Source: Lingula anatina (lineage: Eukaryota; Animalia; Brachiopoda). From it: DNA of 64,000 bases. The stretch is from assembly GCA_051362555.1 (NCBI GenBank), contig CM120645.1, positions 20,646,001-20,710,000 of the forward strand. Reading direction: 5' to 3'. The notes beneath the pieces were generated by a model. It did no database searches and had not been told where the DNA came from. It was given only the letters and a program-made list of their open reading frames with translations. The translations under genes were made by a program, and so were the position numbers. This document shows positions 24,156-36,166 of this stretch, piece by piece; within the stretch, counting starts at the first letter, position 1, and every line of letters begins with the position of its first letter.

Positions 24156-25530
24156 AAGCTTCAGACAACTGCTAGTTCAAATCAAAATTAACTAGTTCAC
24201 TACAGATATTGGAGAATGATTTTAAAAGACCACTAAAAGGTGTAGCGGGGGGGGGGGGGGGGGGGGGTCAGGAACATAGCTATCTTCTTAACTGAGCAAG
24301 ATATGTCACACATGTTGCTATCAATAAAAAGATTATATCAATAGCTATTCATTCATATCATTATTTTAATGCGTCATAGTTACATGAGATATAAAGCTTC
24401 ATATGTTTTCTCAGAAAAATATTAAGACCAGTGTCAAAACTAATTAGAACCTCCAACCCATGAAAGCTTGCACTTATTCATTAGATCTAAGCTTTGTCAT
24501 ATAGAATGTACCTTGGATTTCTTTAATACCAGCTGTTTTTTAACTAAGAGTGGTTCAGTCATGGTAGGGGGTATGGTTGAGGATGTAATTAATGTTAGTA
24601 TATTGGGATATCATTAACACATATCAAGAGCTTAATTTAACACATGTAATTTAACACATCAAGAATTTTAAAGACATTTCTGTTAATGCCAAATGCGGGC
24701 TAACAAACTAATAAGCTATCTAACATGCATAGTGTAGTGTACTTTTGCTACATGTTAAGGGTATAAAGATAAGACTAAGAAAACCTTTTCAGCATTACAT
24801 AATCCTTTCATAACCATTACATAATTAAATAATGATATGAAATGAATTGATGTTGAAATAATGGTATACCTTGGTTGATTAAGAAGATATAGCCATGTTC
24901 ATGTTACTTCCCTGTCTACGCCATTAAATCTTCCAAAATCTGATTGGAGTCAAACTTTTAACAAGGCAGCAAAGCTGTCAAATGTACAGACAAAAAACAG
25001 AAAATAAAGATGCAAAAAAGGTCATTCTGTCAATTTTGATGCAATAATAAATAATGCTTATAATAGCACTGTCAGTCAACACTGAATTTTAATCTTGCAC
25101 AACAGGTAACATGGTCAATAACAGGAGTGGACCCAGAGATATTTTCTGACAGTATTACAAAGTATCTATGTTGATCCATCCTCCATTTTGATGGTCTTCC
25201 AACAGAAAAAAATAGATACCAGTCAATATAAACTTAATAACCTGACTGTCTTCCGGAAGACCCAGAAGATGGTCTCAATCCACCCCTTCAATAAGATTAC
25301 AGTTTCAGGACCATGAGAGTTCAAATTCACATTATGAAAGTCTCAATATTTGAAAAATGATGACAGTGCATAAAATAATATTACATAATGTTTAAAGACA
25401 TAAAAAACAATACAACTGCTTATGTAGAAATACAGAAAACGTGCAGAGCCCCAGGCAGATGAGAGCCTGCCTGGGGCTAAAAGTCACAAATGCAAGTGTT
25501 TGAGAAAAAATTATAAAGAAAAACAACAAA

Positions 25531-25765
25531 ACTAGAAAAGCACTTTGAGAGTGCAGACCTCTGCCAAGGCAGCAATTGTTGATTATTATTGATAATTGAT
25601 TGATTATTGATCCGGACCACCACCAAAAATGAATCATTGTCCTCTTTGGCCCACTTCCAACAGTTCCTGAAAATTTCTGCAAAATCAGTCCATAACTTTT
25701 TGTGTTATGTGGATGACAGACAAACAGGGGTGAAAATATAACCTCCTTGGCAGAGCTTGAGGTAA
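25531..25765 (-). mobile_element. Short HINE/DINE-1-like element nested in the larger one
   Basis: Typical ends: ACTAGAAAAGCACT..AGTGC stem-loop + ACCTCTGCCAAGG subTIR at one end, and ACAGACAAAC..GGTGAAAATATAACCTCCTTGGCAGAG..GGTAA at the other. Confidence 0.7.
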
Positions 25766-25800
25766 ATATAATTCCAATGAAGCTGTTATTCAAAGTTTTA

Positions 25801-26037
25801 GGCTTCGTTCACATGCAATGTCTATTTTCTATTTTCTATTTTCTATTTTCGGTATGTCTTATGATCACGCTCTGTGCCCTGAACATCCCGCGGCGTAATT
25901 ACTGGCAGCGCGAGCCAGTTACTTATAAGAAGCCAGTTATTACGCCGCGGGATATTCAGGGCACAGAGCGTGATCATAAGACATACCGAAAATAGAAAAT
26001 AGAAAATAGAAAATAGACATTGCATGTGAACGAAGCC
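25801..26037. mobile_element. Young foldback PIF/Harbinger-type MITE
   Basis: 106-bp inverted arms (25801-25906 / 25932-26037) with 2 mismatches, 25-nt loop, terminus GGCTTCGTTCACA, TTA on both sides. Confidence 0.9.
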
Positions 26038-26051
26038 TTAATCTTCCAGTT

Positions 26052-26052
<1 letters not shown>

Positions 26053-26117
<65 letters not shown>
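26053..26117. repeat. (TA)n microsatellite
   Basis: Seen directly. Confidence 0.95.
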
Positions 26118-26122
<5 letters not shown>

Positions 26123-26489
26123 TTATTTGCAATATTAAACAAAATTTACCTGCATAATTATCACTGCTTCCTTATTATTAATCTAGCAAAGAGCTTTACC
26201 TTTGGGAGTTTACAGGGAAATATCAACAAGTGTGCTTTACGTAATCTCATTTAATGGCCTATTAAAGCAAATGACTTTATAACTCTGAAATTAATCTAGT
26301 GATACCCAAGGGTAATTTACAGACTGACCCACTCAAAGGTCTTCAGGCCCATAAGTCACACCTTAAGAAAAGCACAAAACCATAATGCCCAAAATAGGAG
26401 ACTACCAATCCTGATGCAATAATACATTATGTTTAACTGCATAGTCAACATCAACTTATGCACAACAGGTAACACAGACGAAAGTAAAA

Positions 26490-27860
26490 GCATAAGGCTT
26501 CAGGCCCATCAGAGTTCAAGTTTATACTTAGAAAGTGCCAGAATGAGAAAAATGAAAATTTCACAAAAAATGCATAAATACAATAAACATGATAATCCAA
26601 TAGAGCTGGTTTTCTCATGAGCTGAAGGCCAATCCTAAAAATCGTACTTGTAAGTTTAAAATTATAATAAGTAGCACAGTTTTCTTTTCATAATGTTTGC
26701 AGTAGCAGTGCAAAAAGATTGTCAATTTTGATGTAACATTACATAATAAATTAGAGAATAATTATCACCAATTTTTGTTTATTGACTATAAATAGGATGG
26801 ACATGTAGAAAATATGATTACCATTTGGCTTCATGTCCATGGGAGCTCCGAGTCCCACAATGAATATGCCAAAAAAGATAATGAATATAACACTAAAATG
26901 TATTACTTCCAGAAAAAGAAGCCAATTAGACTGCTTTTCTAACTCAGGCTGCATTTTAGTCCTGTGTTTCTTTTTTGAAAGTTTGACAGTCATAAGTAAC
27001 ACGGTTTTTCCATAATGGTCATCAAGGCAGCAGCACCAAAAATTGTGTTTTCTTCTATTTTGATGCAACATTACATAATGCTTAACAGCATAATGACCAT
27101 CGATTTTTAATAATAAAATATAAGTGTCATGGATTTTCACAAAATGTGACTAGCACAGGTCTTCAAGCCCATGGAGGTTCTAAGTCGCACCTTGGAAATG
27201 CCAATATGTGAAAAATTAAATTTTCACAAAAAACTGTTTAATTGCCAGAAAAATTTACCAAACAGACTGCATTGCCAACTGAAGCTGTATTTTAGACCCA
27301 TGTTTCTTTCCTGTAAGTTTGAGAACAGTAATTGACATGATTTTTGTTAAATGGTCATCATGGGAGCAGTGCCCAAAATAGGGGTTTCTTCAAATTTTGA
27401 TGCAACATTACATAATGTTTAACAGCATAATGACCATCAATTTTTAATTATAAAATATTAGCGAAGGTCTTCAGGATCATGGAACTTCAAAGTCGCACCT
27501 TGGAAATGCCAATAAGTGAAAAATTAAATTTTCACAAAAAACTGTTTAATTGCCAGAAAAATTTACCAAACAGACTGCATTGCCTACTGGAGCTGTATTT
27601 TAGTCCCATGTTTCTTTCCTGTAAGTTTGAGAACAGTAAGTGACATGATTTTCCTTAAATGGTCATCATGGGAGCAGTGCCCAAAATAGGGGTTTCTTCA
27701 AATTTTCATGCAATATTACATAATGTTTTACAGCATAATGACCATCAATTTTTAATTATAAAATATTAGTATCATGGTTATTCAGAAAATGTGACTAGCA
27801 AAAGCCTTCAGGCCCATGGAACTTCAAAGTCACATATTGAAAATGCCAAAATGTAAACAA
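26490..27860. repeat. ~310-340-bp tandem repeat array inside the HINE
   Basis: Anchor gtcttcaggcccatggaacttcaaagtc recurs at ~26497, 26827, 27159, 27467 and 27804. Confidence 0.75.
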
Positions 27861-28244
27861 TACAGCACTGTTCTGAAATGGGTTTATTTCCATTTTTAAC
27901 ACTTTTTAAACATAAAACAAAATAAACAGTTTACTGCCATTTTTATATGACCAATGAAGAAAATTGATGAGATGGGAAAAGTATCAATAGAACAGTTTTA
28001 AATGCCCAACTTCCTCCATTCTGAGATTCTGAACATAGTGGATGAATGCATCTGACAAACTGCAATGATATGAGTTTATTTCCATTTTTGACACTTTATT
28101 ACACAATACATGATAACAAGTTTACCATCATTTTTACAAAATCAACTAACAATGTTGTAAAGATGCAGGAAATGCCAAACAAACACGTATCTTATTAGTT
28201 CAATAATGAGACTGTTAACATGCCTAAGAATTGAATGTGAGGAA

Positions 28245-29040
28245 ATGTGAAAAAACAGCATTACCTTTTAAAATAATAAACTGATTATGCTGATTTTCAA
28301 ACTCAACCTGCGTTTTAGTAAGATTGGCCCCTCCTGTGAGTATAATGACAATTGGCCAATCTGTTTTTCTTATATTGTGTTATCAGTGTTGCATATATAC
28401 TGAAAAAAGTGAAAAAAAAAACAGCATAAATTCCCTATAAGTGACCCGATCGTGCTGATTTTCGAACTTGACCTGCGTATTATGAATATTTATCAGTTCT
28501 GTAAGTTTCAAGCCAAAGGGTAAAACAGCTCTTCATTTATTGTGTTATCAGTGTTGCAAAAATGCTGAAAAAAAGTGAAAAAATAGCCTAAATTCACTAA
28601 AAATGACCCAATCATGCTGATTTTCGAACTTGACCTGCGTATTATGTATATTCATCAGTTCTGTAAGTTTCAAGCCAAAAGGTAAAATGGTTTTCCACTT
28701 ATCGTGTTATCGGTGCTGCATATATGCTGAAAAAAGTGAAAAAACAGCATAAATTCCCTATAAGTGACCCGATCATGCTGATTTTCGAACTCGACCTGCG
28801 TATTATGAATATTCATCAGTACTGTAAGTTTCAAGCCAAAAGGTACAATGGTTTTCCACCTATCGTGTTATCGGTGCTGCATATATGTTGAAAAAAGTGA
28901 AAAAACAGCATAAATTCCCTAAGAGTGACCCGATCATGCTGATTTTCGAACTTGACCTGCGTATTATGAATATTCATCAGTTCTGCAAGTTTCAAATCAA
29001 AAGGCAAAATGGTTTTCCACTTATCGTGTTATCGGTAAAA
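28245..29040. repeat. ~161-bp satellite-like tandem array (5 units) inside HINE copy 1
   Basis: Anchor atgctgattttcgaacttgacctgcg recurs at ~28287, 28452, 28614, 28775 and 28935. Confidence 0.88.
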
Positions 29041-29232
29041 GTGCACGGCGACGGCGATGACGGCGACGACAGACGCAGATGATGGCTATATGTACAGACA
29101 CATCTGTGTCTGTACATAAAAATCTTATTTTCCTTTACCTAATCCAATACCAAGTCTATCAGTCAATTGCTGCAAGTAAGTAGCTGACATCATGGACTGA
29201 TAAAAATAAAAATAATACTGAAAATAAGAAGA

Positions 29233-29667
29233 AACAAGGCAGCAAAGCTGTCAAATGTACAGACAAAGAACAGAAAATAAAGATGCAAATAAGTGAAAAA
29301 TTAAATTTTCACAAAAAACTGTTAAATTGCTAGAAAAATTTACCAAACAGACTGCGTTGCCTATTGAAGCTGTATGTTAGACCCATGTTTCTTTCCTGTA
29401 AGTTTGAGAACAGTAAGTGACATGATTTCCCTTAAATGGTCATCATAGGAGCAGTGCCCAAAATAGGGGTTTCTTCAAATTTTGATGCAACATTACATAA
29501 TGTTTAACAGCATAATGACAATCAAATGTTATTAATAAAATATTAGTAACATGGACATTCAGAAAATGTGACAAGCAAAAGTCTTCAAGATCATGGAACT
29601 TTAAAGTCACACCTTGAAAATGCCAATATGTAAAAAATTAAATTTTCACAAAAAACTGTTTAACTGC

Positions 29668-29708
<41 letters not shown>

Positions 29709-31271
29709 AAACAGACTGCATTGCCTACTGAAGCTGTATTTTAGTCCCATGTTTCTTTCCTGTAAGTTTGAAAACAGTAAGTGACATGATTTTCCTTAAA
29801 TGGTCATCATGGAAGCAGTGCCCAAAATGGGGGTTTCTTCAAATTTTGATGCAATATTACATAATGTTTAACAGCTTAATGACCATCAATTTTTAATTAT
29901 AAAATATTTGTATCACAGATATTCAGAAAATGTGACTAGCAAAGGTCTTCAGGCCCATGGAACTTCAAAGTCACGCCTTGATAATGCCAAAATGTAAACA
30001 AGACAGCACTGTTCTGAAATGGGTTTATTTCCATTTTTAACACTTTTTTAACATAAAACAAAATAAACATTTTACTGCCATTTTTATATGTCCAACTAAG
30101 AAAATTGATGAGATGGGAAAAGTATCAATAGAACAGTGTTAAATGTCCAATTTCCTCCATTCTGAGATTCTGAACATAGTGGATGATTGAATCTGACAAA
30201 CTGCAATGATATGAGTTTATTTCCATTTTTGACACTTTATTACACAATACATGATAACAAGTTTACCATGTTTTTTACATAATCAACTAACAATGTTGTA
30301 AAGATGCAGGAAATATCAAACAAACACTTTTAGGCATCTTATTAGTTAAATAATGAGACTGTTAACATGCCTAATAATTGAATCTGAGGAAATGTGAAAA
30401 AACAGTATAACTTCTTAAGTAATGGCCCGATTATGCTTATTTTCGAACTCAACCTGCGTTTTAGTAAGATTGACCACTCCTGTGAGTATAATTACAATTG
30501 GCCAATCCGTTTTTCTTATATTGTGTTATCAGTGTTGCATTTATATTGAAAATAGTGAAAAACAGCATAAATTACCTAAAAGTGACCCGATCATGCTGAT
30601 TTTCGAACTTGACCTGTGTATTATGAATATTCATCAGTTCTGTAAGTTTCAAGTCAAAAAGTAAAATGGTTTTCCACTTATCGTGTTATCGGTGCTGCAT
30701 ATATGCTGAAAAAAGTGAAAAAACAGCATAAATTCCCTAAACGTGACCCGATCATGCTGATTTTCGAACTTGACCTGCGTATTATGAATATTCATCAGTT
30801 CTGCAAGTTTCAAGTCAAAAGGTAAAATGGTTTTCCACTTATCGTGTTATCGGTGCTGCATACATGCTGAAAAAAGTGAAAAAACAGCATAAATTCCCTA
30901 AAAGTGACCCGATCATGCTGATTTTCGAACTTGACCTTCGTATTATGAATATTCATCAGTTCTGTAAGTTTCAAGTCAAAAAGTAAAATGGTTTTCCACT
31001 TATCGTGTTATCGGTGCTGCATATATGCTGAAAAAAGTGAAAAAACAGCATAAATTCCCTAAACGTGACCCGATCATGCTGATTTTCGAACTTGACCTGC
31101 GTATTATGAATAGTCATCAGTTCTGCAAGTTTCAAGTCAAAAGGTAAAATGGTTTTCCACTTATCGTGTTATCGGTAAAAGTGCACGGCGACGACGGCGA
31201 CGACAGCGACGGCGACGACAGACGCAGATGATGGCTATATGTACAGACACATCTGTGTCTGTACATAAAAA
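29233..31271 (-). mobile_element. Helentron/HINE element, copy 2 (tandem, internally shorter)
   Basis: Same termini as copy 1 (AACAAGGCAGCAAAGCTGTCAAATGTACAGACA ... TATGTACAGACACATCTGTGTCTGTACATAAAA). Contains 2 of the ~335-bp units and 5 of the ~161-bp units. Confidence 0.8.
30390..31180. repeat. ~161-bp satellite-like tandem array (5 units) inside HINE copy 2
   Basis: Anchor recurs at ~30432, 30592, 30753, 30914 and 31075. Confidence 0.88.
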
Positions 31272-31931
31272 GAAGAAGACCATGAAGAAGAAGAAGCAGC
31301 AGCAGCAGAAGCATTATCTGAAGAAACTATTAGCACAATGCTTCTTACCTTACTTTCTCAGTGTTACAAGACCAAACCCATGACTGTACAATTGCAATAT
31401 AAATTATTGCAAGGCCATCACAATGATCAAAAATTCAAAAGACAGCCATGTGACTGAACTCACATCACCCCTATCCCAGACTGGCCAGGTAGGATTTCAA
31501 AAGAACCTCTAAAGGCCGCAATAACAATACTATAATGACACCTTTGGCATATGTGTAGGCCCTCATTATAAGGAAAGTAACCCATACTTCTACCAAGAGT
31601 AAGTGATTTCTTAATCTTATTAGCTCTATACATCTTAGTTTGTCAAACGATGAATGACACATAATTATGGACTCAAATCCTATTTCACATTCACACAAAC
31701 CATGATTAACAAGTCGAGTAATGTCTTTGGAAAGGAAGTGAAAATTGTCCCCTCGTTCTTAGCTTATTTACAGTCCATAGCTACTGTTATAGATACGCAT
31801 ATCAATTTTTTCTTTTCCATGGTGACAATATGACATATCAATTTTCAGCACATTCAAGGAATATCAAATACCTTTACCTCCCTGAAACAAACTACACTAT
31901 AACTCCATGTCACTAGAACTTTACTATCTAA

Positions 31932-32146
31932 GACCCCATTTCCAGAGATTAGATCGATCTATTTTAGATCGACCTAACTCCCTGGGGGTTCACGCTAAAT
32001 AGCTGTCAGCCGAGTGGGCACGAAAGTTAATTACCCCCTTACAGCTTGTAGTAGGCGGGACGGACATTTAAGCCGGATTATCTGACAGTAATCTAGTGAG
32101 ACTCCCTGCGGGGATAGATCGATCTAAAAGCTCTGGGAATACAGCC
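31932..32146 (+). mobile_element. Harbinger-type MITE family A, copy 2
   Basis: 215 bp, TAA TSD, near-identical to 12131-12345. Confidence 0.85.
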
Positions 32147-32344
32147 TAAGAGAAAAACCTTGGTCATTTAAAATGGGACTTAAAGTATGACCAAAACCTC
32201 ACCCAATCAATAAGATCCTTTTACAGAAATTGCAAGAAAACAAACACTTTGACAACAATATCGTCCCTCCTGAGATGAAAAGACTCAGTATAACTAACCA
32301 ACTAATCTAACCAACCAACTACTACTAACTAACTAGATAACTAA

Positions 32345-32559
32345 GGCTCTATTCCCATAGATTTTAGATCGATCTATCCCCGTGGGGAGTCTCACTAGAT
32401 TACTTTCAGATAATCCGACTTAAATGTCTGTCCCGCCTACTACAAGCTGTAAGGGGGTAATTAACTTTCGTGTCCACCCGGCTGACAGCTATTTAGCGTG
32501 AACCCCCAGGGAGTTAGGTCGATCTAAAGTAGGTCGATCTAATCTATGGAAATGGGGTG
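32345..32559 (-). mobile_element. Harbinger-type MITE family A, copy 3 (inverted)
   Basis: 215-bp reverse complement of copy 1, TAA TSD. Confidence 0.85.
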
Positions 32560-32572
32560 TAAGTGACACTTA

Positions 32573-33135
32573 GAGCGTATTCAGAACAAGCTGATCCCTG
32601 GACTAACACATCCCCAAATCAAATATGGCCAACCAACTTGAAAGTTTGCTACACAATCCCCTAATAGACACTAAAAATATTCTCCACCGGGATTACACAA
32701 CAAGCATTCAAGTGGGTCAGCCATATTTGATCTACAGATCGACTTTGATCGCATTCACAACGAGTTGAGCCAGGCTTTACAAATCCTGGGGACTAAATAT
32801 GGCAGACGTACATGAAAGAAAAAACGCCTAATCTTTTAATAGTCTCTCCGCCTCTCACACACCTCCCCATGTGTCGTCCCAATGGAGCCGAGATTTAATG
32901 ACTGTCCCCCCGCAGGGACGACGTGAGAGGCGAAGAGACTATTAAAAGATTAGGCGGTTTTTCTTTCATGTACGACCGCCATATTTAGTCCCCAGGATTT
33001 GTAAAGCCTGGCTCAACTCGTTGTGAATGCGATCTAATAGACACTAAAACTATTCTCCACTGGGATTACACAACAAGCATTTACGTGGGTCAGCCATATT
33101 TGATCTACAGATCAACTTTGGTTGAGAATGCCACT
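32573..33135. mobile_element. Harbinger-type MITE (family B-related) hosting a nested foldback MITE
   Basis: Termini GAGCGTATTCAGAAC / GTTGAGAATGCCACT, TTA on both sides, inverted aaatatggc / gccatattt motifs. Confidence 0.65.
32747..33034. mobile_element. Nested foldback MITE
   Basis: ~110-bp near-perfect inverted arms GATCGCATTCACAACGAGTTGAGCCAGGC... / ...GCCTGGCTCAACTCGTTGTGAATGCGATC. Confidence 0.85.
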
Positions 33136-33616
33136 TTAATTTATAGATCATACTCCCTTGTTTAGTCTTCTACATTAGACACAAACACATTATCATCAGA
33201 AGCAACCACATACTGACACATTTCAACAGCAACCACTGACGGACACATTGTTTTCAAAACAATCGGCAGACAACACATATATATCATGTTTTCAAAAACA
33301 TTTTATGTGTCATCATGATATTCATTTCTGTATTCAGACATCGAGAGCATTCCTGTGTCTGATCATGCAATATCAACACAAGCAAAAACACTTTTGGAAA
33401 TGTTGTATTTGAGTTGATGATATGTCTATATAAATCACTACAATGCTTCATATATTTTTTTTAAAAGAAATTCTTTTAAACTCACTTTTTAAAATGATTT
33501 AATGACCATGGTACCATTCACCTGGCAACTTTCAGTTTTTGAGTTGACCATAAATGTGTGCTTTTTAAGTGTTTGATGAATCCAAGGATTAAGTCTGAGA
33601 TGGTGAGATTGAGTCA

Positions 33617-33654
<38 letters not shown>

Positions 33655-34315
33655 GTGTGCTGTCAAGAGAAAACAACATTTTCATCTTATATTGGATAAA
33701 CATTGATCCTTCCATCTCAAATTTGTTTTCTAAACAAGATTACGTGACAACTGGCATGATTTAGACATCAGCAAAAACAGCTTTTTATCTTACATCTGTT
33801 TTTATTTTATAATGCCAAGTTTTTAGGCAGCTGCATGTAATAAAGGTTACATAATTGGTAAAATGCGTATTATATATAATTTCAATTAGCTCATTTCAAA
33901 TCTATATTATTTTTAAATGAAGTACTTTTTCTTTACTAGTGAATCTTATTTTTTTTTCCCGCAAGACACGGTCACAAAAAAACATCCTAAATCTGGTCTC
34001 AGAATATGTGAATTTTCGAGATAAATGTTTCTCTATCATATCTTGGTACAGACTGAAAACTTAGTATATAGTATTCTGGAATGTCAACTGGTGTCCAGCT
34101 AAACTGATAGAGTCACAATTTGTACCAGCAGACCCTAATTTTAACCATGAAATAAATGATTATGAAGAGTGAGGGATATCCCTTGAGTGATAACAACTTC
34201 TACCAATTTTTTTTTTCATGTAAACTGACTATACCTGATAACATGAGAAGACTGAGAATTCTGAGATAATTGTTTTTTCCTTTACATTTTCTGTGGACTT
34301 TTATTACTTATGAAA

Positions 34316-34316
<1 letters not shown>

Positions 34317-34409
<93 letters not shown>
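34317..34409. repeat. (TA)n microsatellite
   Basis: Seen directly. Confidence 0.95.
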
Positions 34410-34412
<3 letters not shown>

Positions 34413-35286
34413 TATTTTATCTTTTTTCTTTAACCTAAATTTTACACTAATTAACATATTTGGATACAAGACTCTAAAAAAAAAAAATACCACCATCATA
34501 TCATCATTATTTGCTTTAATTATCTCTTACATATAAAGACAACATCAAAATCTTACTTACAATTTTCACTCTACCTCACAGGATGATTCACATGGCTAAT
34601 ACGACCTCTGTGTAATTTTGTTTTCACTGAAACAAATTTCAACTAGTAGGAGGGAAATCAAACAGCTCCTGTCGATTGAATAATCCAGGAACGTACCACA
34701 CGCTGCCTTCTTGATCTAGGAAAATCCAATTTTAAAGGTACAACTTACCTACATGTAGAGGCCAAGTGAAAAGGGATGATTTCACAAACCTATTATCAGT
34801 GATACCCCCCAACTGACCAGACGGAGGAATTTAACTTGCGGTATTTTTAGCAGCACAGCCTGTAACTCTGGTCTGCTTACTCTCCGTCTATATTGTTTTC
34901 AGTGCTGCCGCCTCTATTGTACCAAGCACGCCCTAAACTTGGTGACATTTCAGCAAGACTATAATTCCAATAAATCAATGCACCGCTGATATAATGTTGT
35001 TCTATTATACACCAATAACAAGCCTTGAAAATCAGAGCTGCAAGATACTGAACCAAATGAACCCGGAGGCTACTTACATTTGCATCCATGTCATTTACAT
35101 ATAGAACAGTGTTTGGGGTTCGGGTTCTTTCAATCACTGCAATACACAAACAGCAGTAATGAATTATTATATAGAGCTGCACTTATTTCTGTTTGGGATC
35201 ATTATTTTTTTGACATAGTAAGTGATGAACTGTCATTTTGTAGTAGATATGGGAATCATCAGGCAATCACAAAAGAATTCAAGTTA

Positions 35287-35320
<34 letters not shown>

Positions 35321-35887
35321 CAAATGCTGTTTTCCTCAGGTCTCATTTTTCACTTTTACTTGGTACACCTTCAAACCTGTCAATGAAAATGTCTTTAGTA
35401 ATGCAAACATATTGTTAAATTGAACTATTTTTTCTCGCAAGATGGGTAAATACAAATAATTATAAAATCAGTTTTACATGCCATTACAAGATATGTACAT
35501 CATCTCACCTTCCTTAAATGGCAATCCAAACTTGTGTTATCCCATAAAAATTAATTTTGAACATAAGATACCACAAGTTCTCCAATGCAGCCACTGTGGG
35601 GCCCCATCACTACATGTATCTGTTCCCACCAGCAGAATGACACAAAACTCTAATCCTTAATTTTCTTAATGGTGCATGTACTATTATATATATTCCTTGT
35701 ATATAAATAATCTAAAATCTCCAGTCATACAATGATTGGCAACCAGCATAAAATGACAATTTAAAAAAAATTTCAAATTCTTCCCACCTTTTCCTTCCAA
35801 GTCATTCAGTGCAAAAATTCTCAGCTTGGAGAGTTTGATCTGAAAATCTTCTCATTCTCCTTGTCTTCTTGCTGAATAATTAATAAC

Positions 35888-36166
35888 CAGGGGCCAATTT
35901 CACGTACGAGCTTCAGCCGGAAAAGTGGTCTTAACTTTTAAACCAAACATTTAGTCAGCTTCAGTTCAATATAAATCTACATTAGTCTACTTAAGTACGT
36001 ATTGGCCTGAAAAATCACCAGTCTCTCCCTTGTTATAAAACAGGTGCAATATTTTATTTAATTGGACTACACTACTGAATTTACCTTGGTCAAAGTTGAC
36101 TACAATTTCGGTCTTAAAGTTTAGACCCATTTTCGGGCTACAGTTCTTGTGTGAAATGGGCGACAG
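35888..36166. mobile_element. Older TIR MITE (family C); related decayed copies at ~7753-7960 and ~55816-56092
   Basis: Termini CAGGGGCCAATTTCAC / GTGAAATGGGCGACAG, with subterminal ggtcttaactttta / taaagtttagacc. ttgttataaaacaggtgca recurs reverse-complemented at ~55921. Confidence 0.6.

Larger units (their letters stand above)
24960..29122 (-). mobile_element. Non-autonomous Helentron/HINE (DINE-1-like) element with internal satellite-like arrays, copy 1
   Basis: Minus-strand 5' end: TTTT + hairpin TATGTACAGACACA-ga-TGTGTCTGTACATA (29089-29118), then a (GTC/GCC) microsatellite. 3' end: matching subTIR ATGTACAGACA (24982-24992) + short stem-loop GGCAGCAAAGCTGTC + TTGTT. Internal ~161-bp and ~335-bp tandem units. 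Confidence 0.75.

Noticed and set aside
25747-26025. Mirror ORFs on both strands encoding nearly the same peptide
   Set aside because: Artefact of the palindromic MITE.
28245-31180. Regularly spaced repeats resembling a CRISPR array
   Set aside because: Whole ~161-bp units repeat with no unique spacers, there are no cas genes, and the context is eukaryotic; these are satellite-like arrays.
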